A stretch of 62,195 nt of DNA, filler included, from Basidiobolus ranarum (taxonomy: Eukaryota): the NCBI GenBank assembly GCA_040143965.1. It is 11 parts of 11 records of this genome, joined end to end, with 100 filler letters (N's around TTAATTAATTAA, not from the genome) between each part and the next. Parts side by side here need not be neighbours in the genome. Positions count along the whole stretch, not along the records: positions 1 to 5,575 come from JASJQH010008423.1; positions 5,676 to 11,249 come from JASJQH010008424.1; positions 11,350 to 16,922 come from JASJQH010008425.1; 8 more parts are not named here. The stretch is one strand, 5' to 3'. The notes beneath the pieces are model-generated. The model had not been told where the DNA came from. It did no database searches and was given only the letters and a program-made list of their open reading frames with translations. Both the position numbers and the translations under genes were made by a program. Within the stretch, counting starts at the first letter, position 1, and each line of letters opens with the position of its first letter. Below, piece after piece: positions 1-12,242 of the stretch.

Positions 1-2441
1 CATGCTAAACAGCCTGATATCCATGTAGGATTATTCTAACTGCTTGCCAAGAGGTTAAAATATGTTTTCAGCTGTTGTATTGCTATGGTAGCAAGTTTCT
101 AACAGGCTATATACTACTTATTCAACTGCCCAGGGGAATTTTAATTTTGAATGTTCATTATAGCTCTTGTAGGTGCGTGTGATCGTTTTTGGAAAATTCG
201 ATCACCACAACCGCCCCAAAATATTGAGCTGAAAATTAGGTTTGCTGTCCTGGTTCAGAGACAATGGCTACTGGCACTCGAATAGTTAATCAACAGCTGT
301 GTATATTCAACATTAATTGTACGTGACCCCCACTATTCAGCTCTGTCTTTCACCTCTCACTTCTGCTGCTCAACCATAACTCTCTAGCATGCGCTATAGT
401 TAGATGGAGTCGTTTCCAGCAACTCAACGAACGTACGCAATCCTAAACACGCCCAGCGTTAGTACCCAATTGGTAATTTGCCCTCAACTTGTGACAATCA
501 TAAAGATGACACATAGAGTACGAAGATCCTATTTAATTTGGGGCAGGAATGATATCATCATTGATCCAGTTTTTCTGGTTCTATCTTAGCCTCAGTAACA
601 TGACAACGATATATTCCATATAGAAGCTGGGAATGTCTGAAAGGTTGGACTCATTCGCTTAGCAAGCAATGGCTGATGAATGGATTAGTTCGGTTTACAT
701 TCATTTGTATTTGAGAATATAAGATATAGAAAACCCCAGCGGTGGCAGATGATCTGTATATAGCTCTGTTCTTGGCGAATTATGTGCCTCGTTGATGTAA
801 TTGGCTTATATAAGCATGGCTCGGCTAAACAGGTACCAGATCAGGGCTTATTGCCATGGGGCCCTAATTATGTTTCTCCTCGCTTCCACCATGCAAATAT
901 CAACCATTGGGACTAGAAGGTGGTGTTTTCGAAGCTAATTAAAATGGATTAAAAATAATTAAGCATGTTTACCACTGCAGATAGAAATTAGGCTTAATTG
1001 GTTCACTTTCGTGTTACTCGAAGCTGTATTCAGCTGAAGATGCAACGACCTACAAGTAGCGCTGGCGAATTTGCCAAGCCGACTTAGAGTTCAGTACATG
1101 AGAAACATCCAATGGTTAATGCAACTGAAACGTTTGCTATCTTGTAGAGTACGGAGGCGCCATATTAATAATGGTTGAAATTGGAGTAGAGTGATAAGCA
1201 AGCCTCAGTTAGCAGATTCCATGATGGTGGTGCGATCCCATCCATCTTTTATTCTCCATCGGATGATCCTTAGCAATGTGAGTTTTAGGTTGGGTCCCGG
1301 AGTAGGCTACTAGTAATCCAGAGGCTACATACGACTGCGAAGCAGCCTTATCTGCATACAGAGCTCAGGATACCAGTGATCTGAACGTTCTTCTCTACAT
1401 TCTGGCGATTGGATTAGCCTTCAATGCAAGCTCAAAGGAATGATACATCAGATCGATGTTCCTGTCATAATTATGAAACAACAGTGAATGTAATGCAGTC
1501 AGGCCAAGAAATGCGATGGTTGTTATGGATCCAATATATTCGATGCGGTACATGATATAATGGCTCATCATTAGAATTATCATCAAATCATTCTGGTGTT
1601 TATTACCTGCATAAGTAGATCTATGAGCGCAATCTCATTAATAATACAATTGCCAACTAATACATTAATCTTGGCCATACAGATGTGGCAAATGAGCACG
1701 AAGTGATCTGAGCGGACGATTTGGCTCTGCTACAAACAAGTACGATCACACAACAATGAATCTTGTGGATTGATCAGAACTGGGTGCTGCTTAGATACCG
1801 ATGTATGTTGTTTGCGTGTTGGCAAGATATGAGGTAGGCCGAGAGAGACCCTGCTTTTATCCGTAGTGTGTGCATTTGTGAACTCGGGAAGCTAGAACCT
1901 CTTGTGTCTCCGGGTGATTTGGACTGAAAAGCCTCCCAAGCCTTTCGTTATTCTTGTTTGTTCATGAGCATGGAGGCCACTTGGATACTAATGGAATCGG
2001 AAAATGGGTGGGGATCAATTTATATTGGTGTAAATTATTCGTGTCCATTCATTCGATTCAATAAGAATCGATATATTTACATCATCCTTTCGACAGAATA
2101 GGAAATCCTATTAATGCCCAAAATGCACATTAAAAGGAGATTGCGCTCGTGCATCCAGAGTTTGTCAATCCCTCGTGTATATCTTTCAACTCACCATCTA
2201 CCTGAACGTGTGTTTTTTGCACGGTTTCACTCCCAAGCTTCGACTGCTAAAGGCTACTTAAATACTCTGATCTTTTATTGCTCATTGCTCTTAACAAGCC
2301 GGCTTTTTCAAACAACACTTCACCCACGCACTCTTGATTTTGCAAGCCCCTTCTGTCGCCCAAGCCTACAACTTCTTTACGCTTATCCAAACTATAACTA
2401 AATCGTAAGCAAAACTTAACAACACCAAAGAGAAACTAACC

Positions 2442-3741
2442 ATGGAGGTAAAAAGCACAGTGGATTACCGGGCTACTCCAAGCAAGAAAATGGCCTTGAA
2501 AAGCACATTGCATCTTTGGTGGAACATTCTTGTCGAGCATCAAATTGGTAATATTCCTTACCCTTCACTTTATAAACAACCAGCTAACTGGGATTCTTTA
2601 GAGTTTCCTCTCATTATTATCCTAAGTATTATAACTGGAGACATCTTACGTATCCCTTTGGCTGCCAAGTTCCTGAGAATTCAATATCGAGTTCCTGGTG
2701 AAGAAAGCCTGTATGTTAACGGTGTGGACGATGCATACTTCGTTGCCTTCTGGATAGTTGCTTTTACCTTTCTTCGTGCTTCGATCATGGAGTATGTATT
2801 AAAGCCTATAGCTAAAATCGGGGCAATTCGTAGTCGCGGTGCCCAACAAAGATTCTTGGAACAAAGTTGGCTATTTCTGTACTATACCGTCTCATGGTCT
2901 ATTGGATTTGTATGTCTTGGCTATCTCTTCATATCTACATACCCCTACAATCCCTAAATAATCCATTTTAGTATATTATATATAGCGGTCCATACTGGAC
3001 GAATACTGCACACTTCTGGATACAGTATCCACACAAGGCAATCCCTCATCTATCAAAGTGGTATTATTTGGTTCAAACAGGATTTTGGTTACAACAATTC
3101 TTTGTTCTACATGCTGAGAAAAAGCGTAGTGATTATCCCCAAATGCTCATTCATCATATAGCAACTAGTTTGTTGGTGTCTGGCTCCTATATTACTTATT
3201 TCACTCGTATCGGGACGTCAGTGTTATGTATCATGGACTCAGCAGATATTCTATTGGCGGTAAATTGGCAATTACTTGATGCTAGTTGTGTTTACACTTT
3301 GCTAATACTTTAAATCCACTTATAGCTAGCCAAATGCCTTCGCTACCTAAAATTCCAAAAGCTGTGCGATTGTGTCTTCGGTAGTTTTGTCCTTGTATGG
3401 GCTTACACTCGTCACTATCTAGGCTTTAAAATCATGTGGAGTATGTGGATAGAAGCTGATATGTACCTACAAGTAGATTGTCGTCCTTATCAAGGGATAT
3501 TTTTATGCCGCGAGCTACAATACCTCTTCGTTGGTCTGTTCGCGGTCCTTCAGGTTCTTATGATATTCTGGTTCATTCAAATTCTAAAAATCATATGGAG
3601 AGTATTGAGTGGCTCTAATGCTGAAGATACTAGAAGCGACTCCGAAAGGTAACTTATTTTACCGCTTTATTCTTCTGGAATCGAAATCTAATTGAAAGCA
3701 TTGACTATTTAAGTGAAAACGTGAAGAGCAAAGAGACATAA
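2442..3741 (+). CDS. LAG1: Ceramide synthase, TLC (TRAM/LAG1/CLN8) domain, 5 exons
   Basis: Exons 2442-2547, 2602-2909, 2972-3259, 3326-3648 and 3714-3741 with GT-AG introns. Motifs RFLEQSW, Lag1p motif KRSDYPQMLIHH...MDSADILLALAK and C-terminal EDTRSDSE. LAG1 versus LAC1 orthology cannot be resolved. Confidence 0.92.
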
Positions 3742-4649
3742 GAATTCTACATACATTGAGACTATCATTCATATACAATGTTTATTTACATTATTATCTG
3801 AAGAAGCCCTGTACTTGACATGTATATATAGTACATATGTTCCATTTAACCACTTCTAATTTTTACAACATTAAAAATAGCCAAATTTTAGAATCAAGCG
3901 ACTAATCTCATAATATTCCTTGTGGTTCTCACTCTGTTGAGTGGTACATATGCTTAGTGTACTCGACTAAAACTTTTCATAACATGAAGGTTTGCTGAGT
4001 TTATGCGTAGCTGATGTCTTTATTTATGCCACCATGAAGAGAGATGTATACTAGTCATTAGATGCCATCTTTGCAGTATAAGATTGGTACTACACAAAAT
4101 GAAATGAGAATCAAATTACATCACACTTTATTTGTTACACAAATGAACACGTAGATAAAGTGTATCTAATCCCAAATATACATAAAAACCAGTTCTATTT
4201 GGATGATTCGCATAGAGTAATACTTGTACTACTAATCGGAGTAAATCGAATTCCTTGCACTCAATACCAAATATATTCTTATAGCCTAAGCATTTTATTC
4301 CTACTCTTACTCTGCTGCAACTTATGCTAATGATGAATCGCTGCACCACACATCTCACATATGTCGTAGCTACCATAGTACACCCATCTATGTTTAGAAG
4401 TAAGGAACTTCATACAGAAGTTGACAGGAAATATGTCGCACTCATGACGTAAAACATTCTAAAAGTCAGTCTGAGACATTGTGACCCTTAGTCAAGGTAC
4501 CACTAATGAACATTTTGATTATCAACACTACTCAAACTTATGGTAAAGAAAATATTGTAAGCCATGCTTGGCTATTACGTCTTCTTGTGGTGACTTCTTT
4601 TAAACTCACTGACAGGCAGTGTTCAATAGTAAGTAGCTCAAACTAAATA

Positions 4650-5009
4650 GTTATATAGGCAAATCCTAAGGAAGGTGTAAATTTCTCAGATTCTGGCCTA
4701 GCCAATTCTTTGGTTAATATATCAGCAATCATGGTTTCTGTAGGACAATAAGTCACGTCAGTATAATCATTCTCTATAATCTCTCTAATGAAATGATGTC
4801 TAATATGTATATGCTTGCTTCAAGTATGGAGTGTGGGATTTCTAGTTAATATGATACAACTTTGACTATCTTGAAGTATTGTAGTTGGTGAATTTTGAGA
4901 AAAGCCCAAATCTGTTAGGATTTTTCTTAACCATGTTTCTTCCTTTGCTCCTTCACAACCAGCCATGTATTCTGTTTCTGTTGTTGCTACTGTTATGGTT
5001 GGTTGTTTC
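4650..5009 (-). mobile_element. Ty1/copia RNase H remnant (older element)
   Basis: Minus strand reads KQPTITVATTETEYMAG...SKHIHIRHHFIRE...MIADILTK with an internal stop. It is cut at 5009 by the LTR of another copia. Confidence 0.85.
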
Positions 5010-5575
5010 TGTTAAAGTATTTGGGAGCCTGTTGGAAGTGGTATGGAGAAATAGAGGAATGGGTGGTTTTCACTTGATGATATATTGAGTAGAAAGTTGA
5101 CATTTATAGTTTTGTCAAGATGTAAGCAAAATAACAAGTAGAATGTGTTAAGGAAGGATACAAGAACATGTGTGCAAAGTTTAGGGCTTCTAGCACAAGT
5201 TTGAAAAATCTATATATCTGAGAACTTCTGAGTTGGTAAAAATATGCCAAGTAAATTCCCATATAGAATAATGGATAATATCTTAGTGAATTATAAGATA
5301 ACTAAGTTATATATGACTATATAGGTGCTTAGGCAATGCTAATTTCAACACTCTCCCTCAACAAAATAGTCATATAAACTAATCCTAATAAAGGCCTAAA
5401 TTTCTCAGATATCTGTCTAGCTAATGGTTTGGTTAATATATCAGCAATCATGTCTTCTGAAGAGCAATAAGTTAAGTCAATAAGCTTATTCTCTATAGTC
5501 TCTCTAATGAAGTGATGCTCAATATCTATGTGTTTGCTTCTATTATGAAACATGGGATTTTTAGCTAATTTGATA
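5010..5575 (-). mobile_element. Ty1/copia family A 3' end: RNase H, PPT and 3' LTR (5350-5010)
   Basis: HNRSKHIDIEHHFIRE...MIADILTKPL, then polypurine tract GAGGGAGAG, then a 341-bp LTR TGTTGAAATT...TTTAACA. It is homologous to 39790-40136. Confidence 0.9.
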
Positions 5576-5675
5576 NNNNNNNNNNNNNNNNNNNNNNNNN
5601 NNNNNNNNNNNNNNNNNNNTTAATTAATTAANNNNNNNNNNNNNNNNNNNNNNNNNNNNNNNNNNNNNNNNNNNN
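5576..5675. other. Artificial contig-joining spacer (first of 10)
   Basis: Identical N44-TTAATTAATTAA-N44 linker (stops in all six frames) at 5576-5675, 11250-11349, 16923-17022, 22594-22693, 28264-28363, 33932-34031, 39593-39692, 45252-45351, 50903-51002 and 56551-56650. Contigs are of near-equal, decreasing length. Confidence 0.98.
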
Positions 5676-5791
5676 TTCAGACTTTACGAAATTATTTTTA
5701 AATTTATTACGAAATTAAAACTTCTAAACCTAATTACGGACTTTACGAAATTTTATTTTAATCTTTTATAATTTAATTTTTTTAATATAGA
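5676..5791 (-). mobile_element. Possible Helitron-like 5' terminus inserted in a CACTA transposase
   Basis: Minus strand begins A|TCTATATTAAAAAAA. The segment is very AT-rich, has three TTACGAAATT repeats and keeps its CpGs, unlike the flanking DNA. Confidence 0.35.
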
Positions 5792-7941
5792 TCCAATACC
5801 AAAGTACTCACCATAAAGCTGATGCTATTACTGATGTACTTGATGGATATCACTACCAGAATCTGAAAAGTCAAGGTTTCTTTGAGAACACATATGATCA
5901 TGCATTTACATTGGCCCAGGATGGTTTCTTGCTAAACTAAAATACCATTGGAAAGGCTTGCTGGCCAATAATTTTAATTAACTTAAATTTTCCTCCTTCC
6001 AAACAGTATAAGAGTCATAATATTTAGATACTATCCATCATATCTGGACCTAAATCCCCAATGCATATAGATAGCTTCTTGGAGCCTTTGATTGTGGAAT
6101 TTGAAAGGATATCTAATGGGGTCCTGATGGGTGAATATTCAATTAAAGCTAATATCATTGTATGTATTGGTGACACTCTTGCCATTGGTAAACTTGGAGG
6201 TTTTAGCAGGCACATTGCACTATCTTGCTGTAGATTTTGTCAAAGCATTGAGGTCTACTCAATCAGGCATATGCATTACTACTATCCAAATATAAAACTA
6301 AGCTACATGACTGTATCATCAAGAGCCTGGTCAGATTTATCACAATCACTGATATCAATTGACCAAATAGTCAGTCTAACATCAAACTTGGTATTAGCCA
6401 TAAGCCTAAGATTATATTTCTAAAGGGGATCAGCTGGACCCAAAGCTTCTCATTAGGCACTATGCACTTACTATTCAACAGCATTCCAATATGACTTACT
6501 CAGTTATATAGGGGAAATTCAATATGAATGAGCCATCTGAGATATGATTAAAGTTTGAATCAATTGGCAAATGCTTGAAAATGTCAAGATACAATCACAT
6601 TTTACCAGGACTCCCATCAATATTGACTCATGTAGGTGTTTATTCAAATGCAAAGACTGGAAGTATTGAATATGTATATATTCAAGTGAAATCTTGAAAA
6701 AGATTTCTGCCTGTTAAGTATTTGCAACATTGGGAGTTGTTTGTTGAATTGTTGATATATTCTTATGGCATCAACTCATATTAGCAGATCTCAGCCAGAT
6801 ACAGCAACTGTGCACAGATTTTGTAATTGGATATGAAACTTTTACAGGTTTAAAGAAGATAGACTGAATCTATGACAGTATTCAATACATTCCTTACTAT
6901 ATCTTTCACAATGCTTAGAGATTATAGGCCCTGGCTATACATTCTGGGAGTTCCCAATGGAGTGCATCTGCAGTGAAATGATGCTTTGTGTGCAATTGCC
7001 AGTATTGCTGTATGCTAATCTGAGTAATATTGTATCAGCAAAGTCAGCAATGGTTGTAATACAATGGGTTAAGGAGACTCCAGAGTATATTAAACTTCCA
7101 ACAATGGGCTCTTTCCAATGTACTCATGGGTTATTGCATTGTTTGAGCACAATAACAGCAACAAAGCCTAATCCATGGACACAGAGTAAGTACCTCTATA
7201 ATTTGGACTGATTTGTTTGTGTAATAATTTGACAGTATTTCTAGGAAAGCTGCAAGACAGACTTCTTGGTGAGATAGATCACAATACACAGTATTATCAG
7301 TTTGGCTATGGGGTAATCTATTCCAGCAATGACACATCTACTTGTGGCAGGACATTTGTTGACTGCAAGTTGGGGATATTTTGGCTGAATTCTTTTTGGA
7401 AATTTGCCAAAATCCAGAGCTTATTCTCATTGTAAATGGCAACAAGAGTCAGCTATTTGCCAAGTGTCAGTGCCATGCAAAATTTCAGATGTTTAGCAAT
7501 TTCTTCGCCATCAGTTTACTGGTAAAGCCTATTGATGTTGTTAAGTTATGTCTGATCTATCAAGTATGTGCATATGTAGAGACTAAACAGAACAAGATTC
7601 TTGTATTTTTTAATTCTCATTATAGCAGGAATACATAGTCAAAAATATCTAAATATAGGCATGCATGTTGATTCAAATTTTCTCACCAGTAAACCCAGTT
7701 ATTTGCCACTCAAAAATTGGATTTTTGCAAAAAGGCCAGAAATTAAATAATACAGGCCAAATATGAGCATCAATATTTTAATATGTATCAAAACCATCAA
7801 GATACCATCAAAAAGCCACTATCACACCATCAAAATCCCTGGCAGAATGCAAGCCACCCATATTGTGATGGTTCTCTGTTGGTTTTGCAATTCAGAGGGG
7901 TGGATCCAATCTGGATCAACTCAATTTTATTTTCATTAGGG
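5792..7941 (+). mobile_element. CACTA/CMC (En/Spm, Tnp2-type) transposon: decayed transposase and terminus A
   Basis: Fragments CWPIILINLNFPP, ISGPKSPMHIDSFLEPLIVEF, GDTLAIGKLGGFSRH..SCCRFC and GPGYTFWEFPMECIC match the Transposase_21 pattern. Ends in ...TTTCATTAGGG at 7941. Confidence 0.85.
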
Positions 7942-8840
7942 GTAGTTTTCTTCCTCATACTTTTCAACACTCAAAATAATGAAAGTGGCAGTGGTAGCTT
8001 TGGTAATGCTGTAAAAGTTAGAAGATGGGGCTAATAACCAATCTGGAAAATGTGGTTGGTTTGGAGGAAGTTTAGAAAAATGGTGTTGGGATTAGCTTGC
8101 AAGATGATAAGTACCTATCACAAAATTAAGCATTTGTACAGTTTCATGAAAGTACAGAAAACTAATGTTGGAGTTGTGTACAGAACATCAGTGAAAGTAG
8201 CATGAGCCATCTTTAAGGCAATTTTGACAAGTTTGAGATTTCCAGTATAAAATGGCTAATTCTCACTTAATTCACATATATAAATTATATGTATTCCAAT
8301 TTTCACCTAAGGGACATTTAACTAAAAAAAGGTTACCAACTCAAGTGTGATATATCAGATGGTTAGGTGTACAAAGACAAAGGTGATAAATATAAAGAAG
8401 AAAATAAACTTTAACATTCCCAATGGGCTTATCTGGGGTAAAATGATGCTTCATGCAAAATGTATTGGGAAAATATGGGCTGTTTGGAGGAACTTTAGAA
8501 AAGTGGAGTTGTGAATAGCTTTGTGAGATAATTGTTTATTGTCCAGAAATAAAGCATTTATACTTTTTGGTGGAAATACAGAAAACTAACACTGGGGTTG
8601 TGTTCAGAACATCTGTGGGAGTAAAATGAGCTATCTTTGGGGCAATTTGGATGAGTTTGAAATTTCCAATATGGAATTGCTAATTCTCACATTATTCACA
8701 TATGTATATAATATATGTTCCAATTTTCAGCTAAGTGATATTTGACTAAGTAATGTTAACTAACTTATATGTGATATATGAAATAGTTAGGTGTATAAAG
8801 ATAGAGATAACAAATATGATAAAGACAATAAACTTCAACA
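7942..8840 (-). mobile_element. Ty1/copia family C: two tandem LTR copies, PBS and gag start remnant
   Basis: Two similar ~380-bp units start TGTTGAAG (8840) and TGTTAAAG (8416) on the minus strand. A degenerate PBS GGTTATTAGCCC lies at about 8028-8039, followed by gag-like SVEKYEEENY. Confidence 0.65.
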
Positions 8841-9074
8841 AAATGAACAGTACTACCATATGCTAATCTAATTAATAATGGACTTGTTCTCTGTGATGGT
8901 GCCAGATTGTGCTGTATATATCATATTGGATAGTGTATTCTAAAATCTATGTGGCACAATTGTCACTATTCATCACCCTCTGGCATGATCAATTTCAATC
9001 ACATTTACTTCAGTATATTGATCCAAGGTCTGATAAATCCTGGCACAATAGAACAAGTCCAATGGAATAGCAAA

Positions 9075-9485
9075 ATCAGTGATGCATGTAATGTGATGGG
9101 TTAAGCAAACTCCAGACTATATTAACCTCCAAAAAGAGGCCTCTATTCATTGTGCCCCCATGTTTTGGCATTGTGTGCATATAAAAACAGATATAAAACC
9201 CAATCCATGGATACACAGTAAGTACCTCTACAATATGGACTATTTTGTTCTTATGATAATATGATGGGATTTTTAGGAAAACCACAATGCAGCCTTCTTA
9301 GTGTGGTAGATCAAGATATGCAATATTATTGCTTTAACCATAGGATATTATCTTCAAGTAATGACACTTCTACTTGTGGGAGGACAATTGGTGATTGCAA
9401 GTCAGGGATATTTTGGCTGAATTCTTTATGGCAATTTACAAAAATTCAAGAGCTTGTTCTCATTGTCAATGATATGAAGAGTCAG
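9075..9485 (+). mobile_element. CACTA internal fragment
   Basis: Clear homology to about 7045-7450 (for example aatgacacttctacttgtgggaggaca...gggatattttggctgaattc). Confidence 0.8.
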
Positions 9486-9941
9486 TGGAAATTAGCATTG
9501 CCTAAACACCTATATAGTCATATGTAGCCTAATAATTAGCTATCTTATATCTCACTAAGATATTATCAATTATTCTCAGTTGGAATTTACTTAGAGTATT
9601 TTTACTAACTTACAAGTTCCTTGATATATAAGTTTTTCAAACTTATACTTGAAGCCCCAAACTTTACACACATGTTCCTGGGCCCTTCCTTAGTGCATTC
9701 TACATATTAGTCTGTCTACATCTTGATAAACTATAAATGTCAACTTTCTACTCAATAAATCATAATGTGAAAACCACCAATTTCTCTAATCCTCCAAAGC
9801 ACTTCCAACAGGCTCCTACACACTTAAAAGGTTATGAGCCCCAAGCTTGCACTCTCTGTAATAACTACTTCCCAAGCTTATGGAACTTTTCCCTCTTCTG
9901 AAAAATTGGACAAAGCCAATTTTAAGGTTTGGTCACTTGAA
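9486..9941 (+). mobile_element. Ty1/copia family A 5' LTR, PBS (9830-9841) and gag start
   Basis: LTR homologous to 39790-40136, then GGTTATGAGCCC, then MSPKLALSVITTSQAYGTFPSSEKLDKANFKVW. Truncated by a CACTA end. Confidence 0.85.
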
Positions 9942-11249
9942 CCCTAACAAAAATAAAATCAATTTGATCCAGATTGGATCCACCCTCCAAAATAGCAAAA
10001 CTATCAGAGAACTATCACAATATTAGTGGCTTGCATTCTGCCAGGGATTTTGATTGTGTGATGGCGGTTTCTTGATGGTATTTTGACAGTTTTCATACAT
10101 GTTAAAACATTGATTCTCAAATTTGGCATGTGTTATTGAATATCCGGCAATTTTTGAAAAAATTTAATTTTCAAATGGGAAATTACTGGGTTTACTGCTG
10201 TAGGAAATTAAAATAATATGCGTGCCTTTATTTAGATATTATAGGCTTTATATTCCAGCCATAATGAAAATCAAAGAATACAAGAATCTTGTTGTGTTTA
10301 GTCTCAACATATGCACATACTTGACTGATTGGACATAACTCAACAACATCAGTATGCTTTACCAGCAAACTAACAGTTGAGAAATTGATAAACATCTGAA
10401 ATTTTGAATAGCACTGACACTTGGCAAATAGCTGACTCTTGTTACCATTAGCAATGAGAATAAGCTCCTGGATTTTGGCAAATTTCTGTAAAGAATTCAG
10501 CCAACATATCCCCAACTTGCAGTCAACAAATGTCCTGCCACAAGTGGTTGTGTCATTGCTTGAATAGATTACCCCATGGCTAAAACAATAATACTGCATA
10601 TATTAATCTATCTCAGCAAGAATTCTATCTTTCAGCTTTCCTAAAAATACCACCAGATTATCACACTAACAAATTAGTCCAATTATAAAGGTACTTACTC
10701 TGTGTCCATGGATTATGCTTTGTTGCTGTTACTGTGGTCAAACAATGCAAAAACCTATGAACACATTGAAAAGTGCCCTTTCATGGCAGGTTAATATACT
10801 CTGGAGTCTCCTTAACCCATTGCATTACATCCATCACTGATTTTGCTGACGCATTATTAATCAGATTAGCATACAGTAATACTGACAATTTAACATGGAG
10901 CATCATTTTACTGCAGGTGCACTCCATTGGGAACTCCCAGAATGTATAGCCAGGGCCTATAATCTCTAGCATTGTGAAAGATGCAGCAGGGAGTGTCTCA
11001 AACACTGGCATAGATTCAGTCTATCTTCTTTAAACCTGTAATAAAGCTTTTCATACCCAATTACAAAATCTTTGCACAATTGCTGTATCTGCCTGAGATC
11101 TGCCAATGTGAGTTGATGCCATAAGAGTATATTAACAATATTGACAAACAACTCCCAATGTTGTCAATACTTATCAGGCAGAAATCTTTTCAAAATTCTA
11201 CTTGAATATATGCAAATCCAATACATCTAGTCTTTGCATTTGAATAAAC
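9942..11249 (-). mobile_element. CACTA terminus A and transposase C-terminal remnant
   Basis: Starts CCCTAACAAAAATAAAATC. It is an inverted homologue of about 6640-7941 (GYEKLYYRFKEDRL, GPGYTFWEFPMEC). Confidence 0.88.
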
Positions 11250-12156
11250 NNNNNNNNNNNNNNNNNNNNNNNNNNNNNNNNNNNNNNNNNNNNTTAATTA
11301 ATTAANNNNNNNNNNNNNNNNNNNNNNNNNNNNNNNNNNNNNNNNNNNNAAGCTTAGGATTGCGAGGAAGTGACATCCACATGTCAATCGCATCAGAATT
11401 GACGCTCACGGGTAGTAAGGCAGCAACAGCTAATAAAATCGGTTTCCACAACATGATTCTTGGATAGTAAACTATTGTGACATGATCTCTGTGACATGCT
11501 TATATATAGCTCCCACTCACCCTGTGCTTCCGGGTTATCAAAACCATATTGGTAACATACATATCTACTTTCCAAATTCTAACCAACTGATGTACTAATT
11601 AGCTTAATCATTTTTGCACCTGACCTTCGGTTCTAAAAACCTCCGGCTCTAGAACTATGGCTAGTTTGCTATACTTTCCAGTCACTTTATTTTTCACTTA
11701 GTTCTAATTAGACATGATAGGTTTCGATGCTACTAACTGTGGAGCATGACACCCATCTGGCTAGTCCCTGCGAATGAATTGCTTGTAGAACAAACTCAGA
11801 TCGATAAGTCTAAAGAACACTGTATTCCAATTTTCCAATGGCAAAGAGTCATTTGAAATGCAACGAATGAAAAGAACCTAAGCACAAGGCCATTTGGTGG
11901 CGAGATATCAATCCTTTGCGGTTGAGAAACGAAGTCCAGCGAATAGCTATAGATTTCTATTGACTCAATGACCGAATATCCTACAATACAGTAGGCAGAA
12001 ATACGTGACTCCCGATATAGTATTGAGGGAATAGTTCTAATCTAGAGAAGAACGGAATGAAGATATTCATTGATTGTTACCTGGTAGCAAATACAGTCAA
12101 TCCAAGGATTATTCACATTGGTGATTTACTAGGTCTAATCAGCTTGTGTTCGAAAT

Positions 12157-12242
12157 TCTAATGAAAAGCAAAAGTTAGGTATGTCTAATGAAAAGCAAAA
12201 GTTAGGTATGGCGCTTGTAATTACCTAGCTTGTAATTACCTA
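12157..12242. repeat. Two adjacent perfect tandem duplications (27 bp x2 and 15 bp x2)
   Basis: TCTAATGAAAAGCAAAAGTTAGGTATG x2 (12157-12210) and GCTTGTAATTACCTA x2 (12213-12242). Confidence 0.9.

Noticed and set aside
1050-1800. Possible minus-strand spliced gene around ORF 1395-1586
   Set aside because: There are some splice-like signals, but I could not build a consistent frame or recognise a protein.
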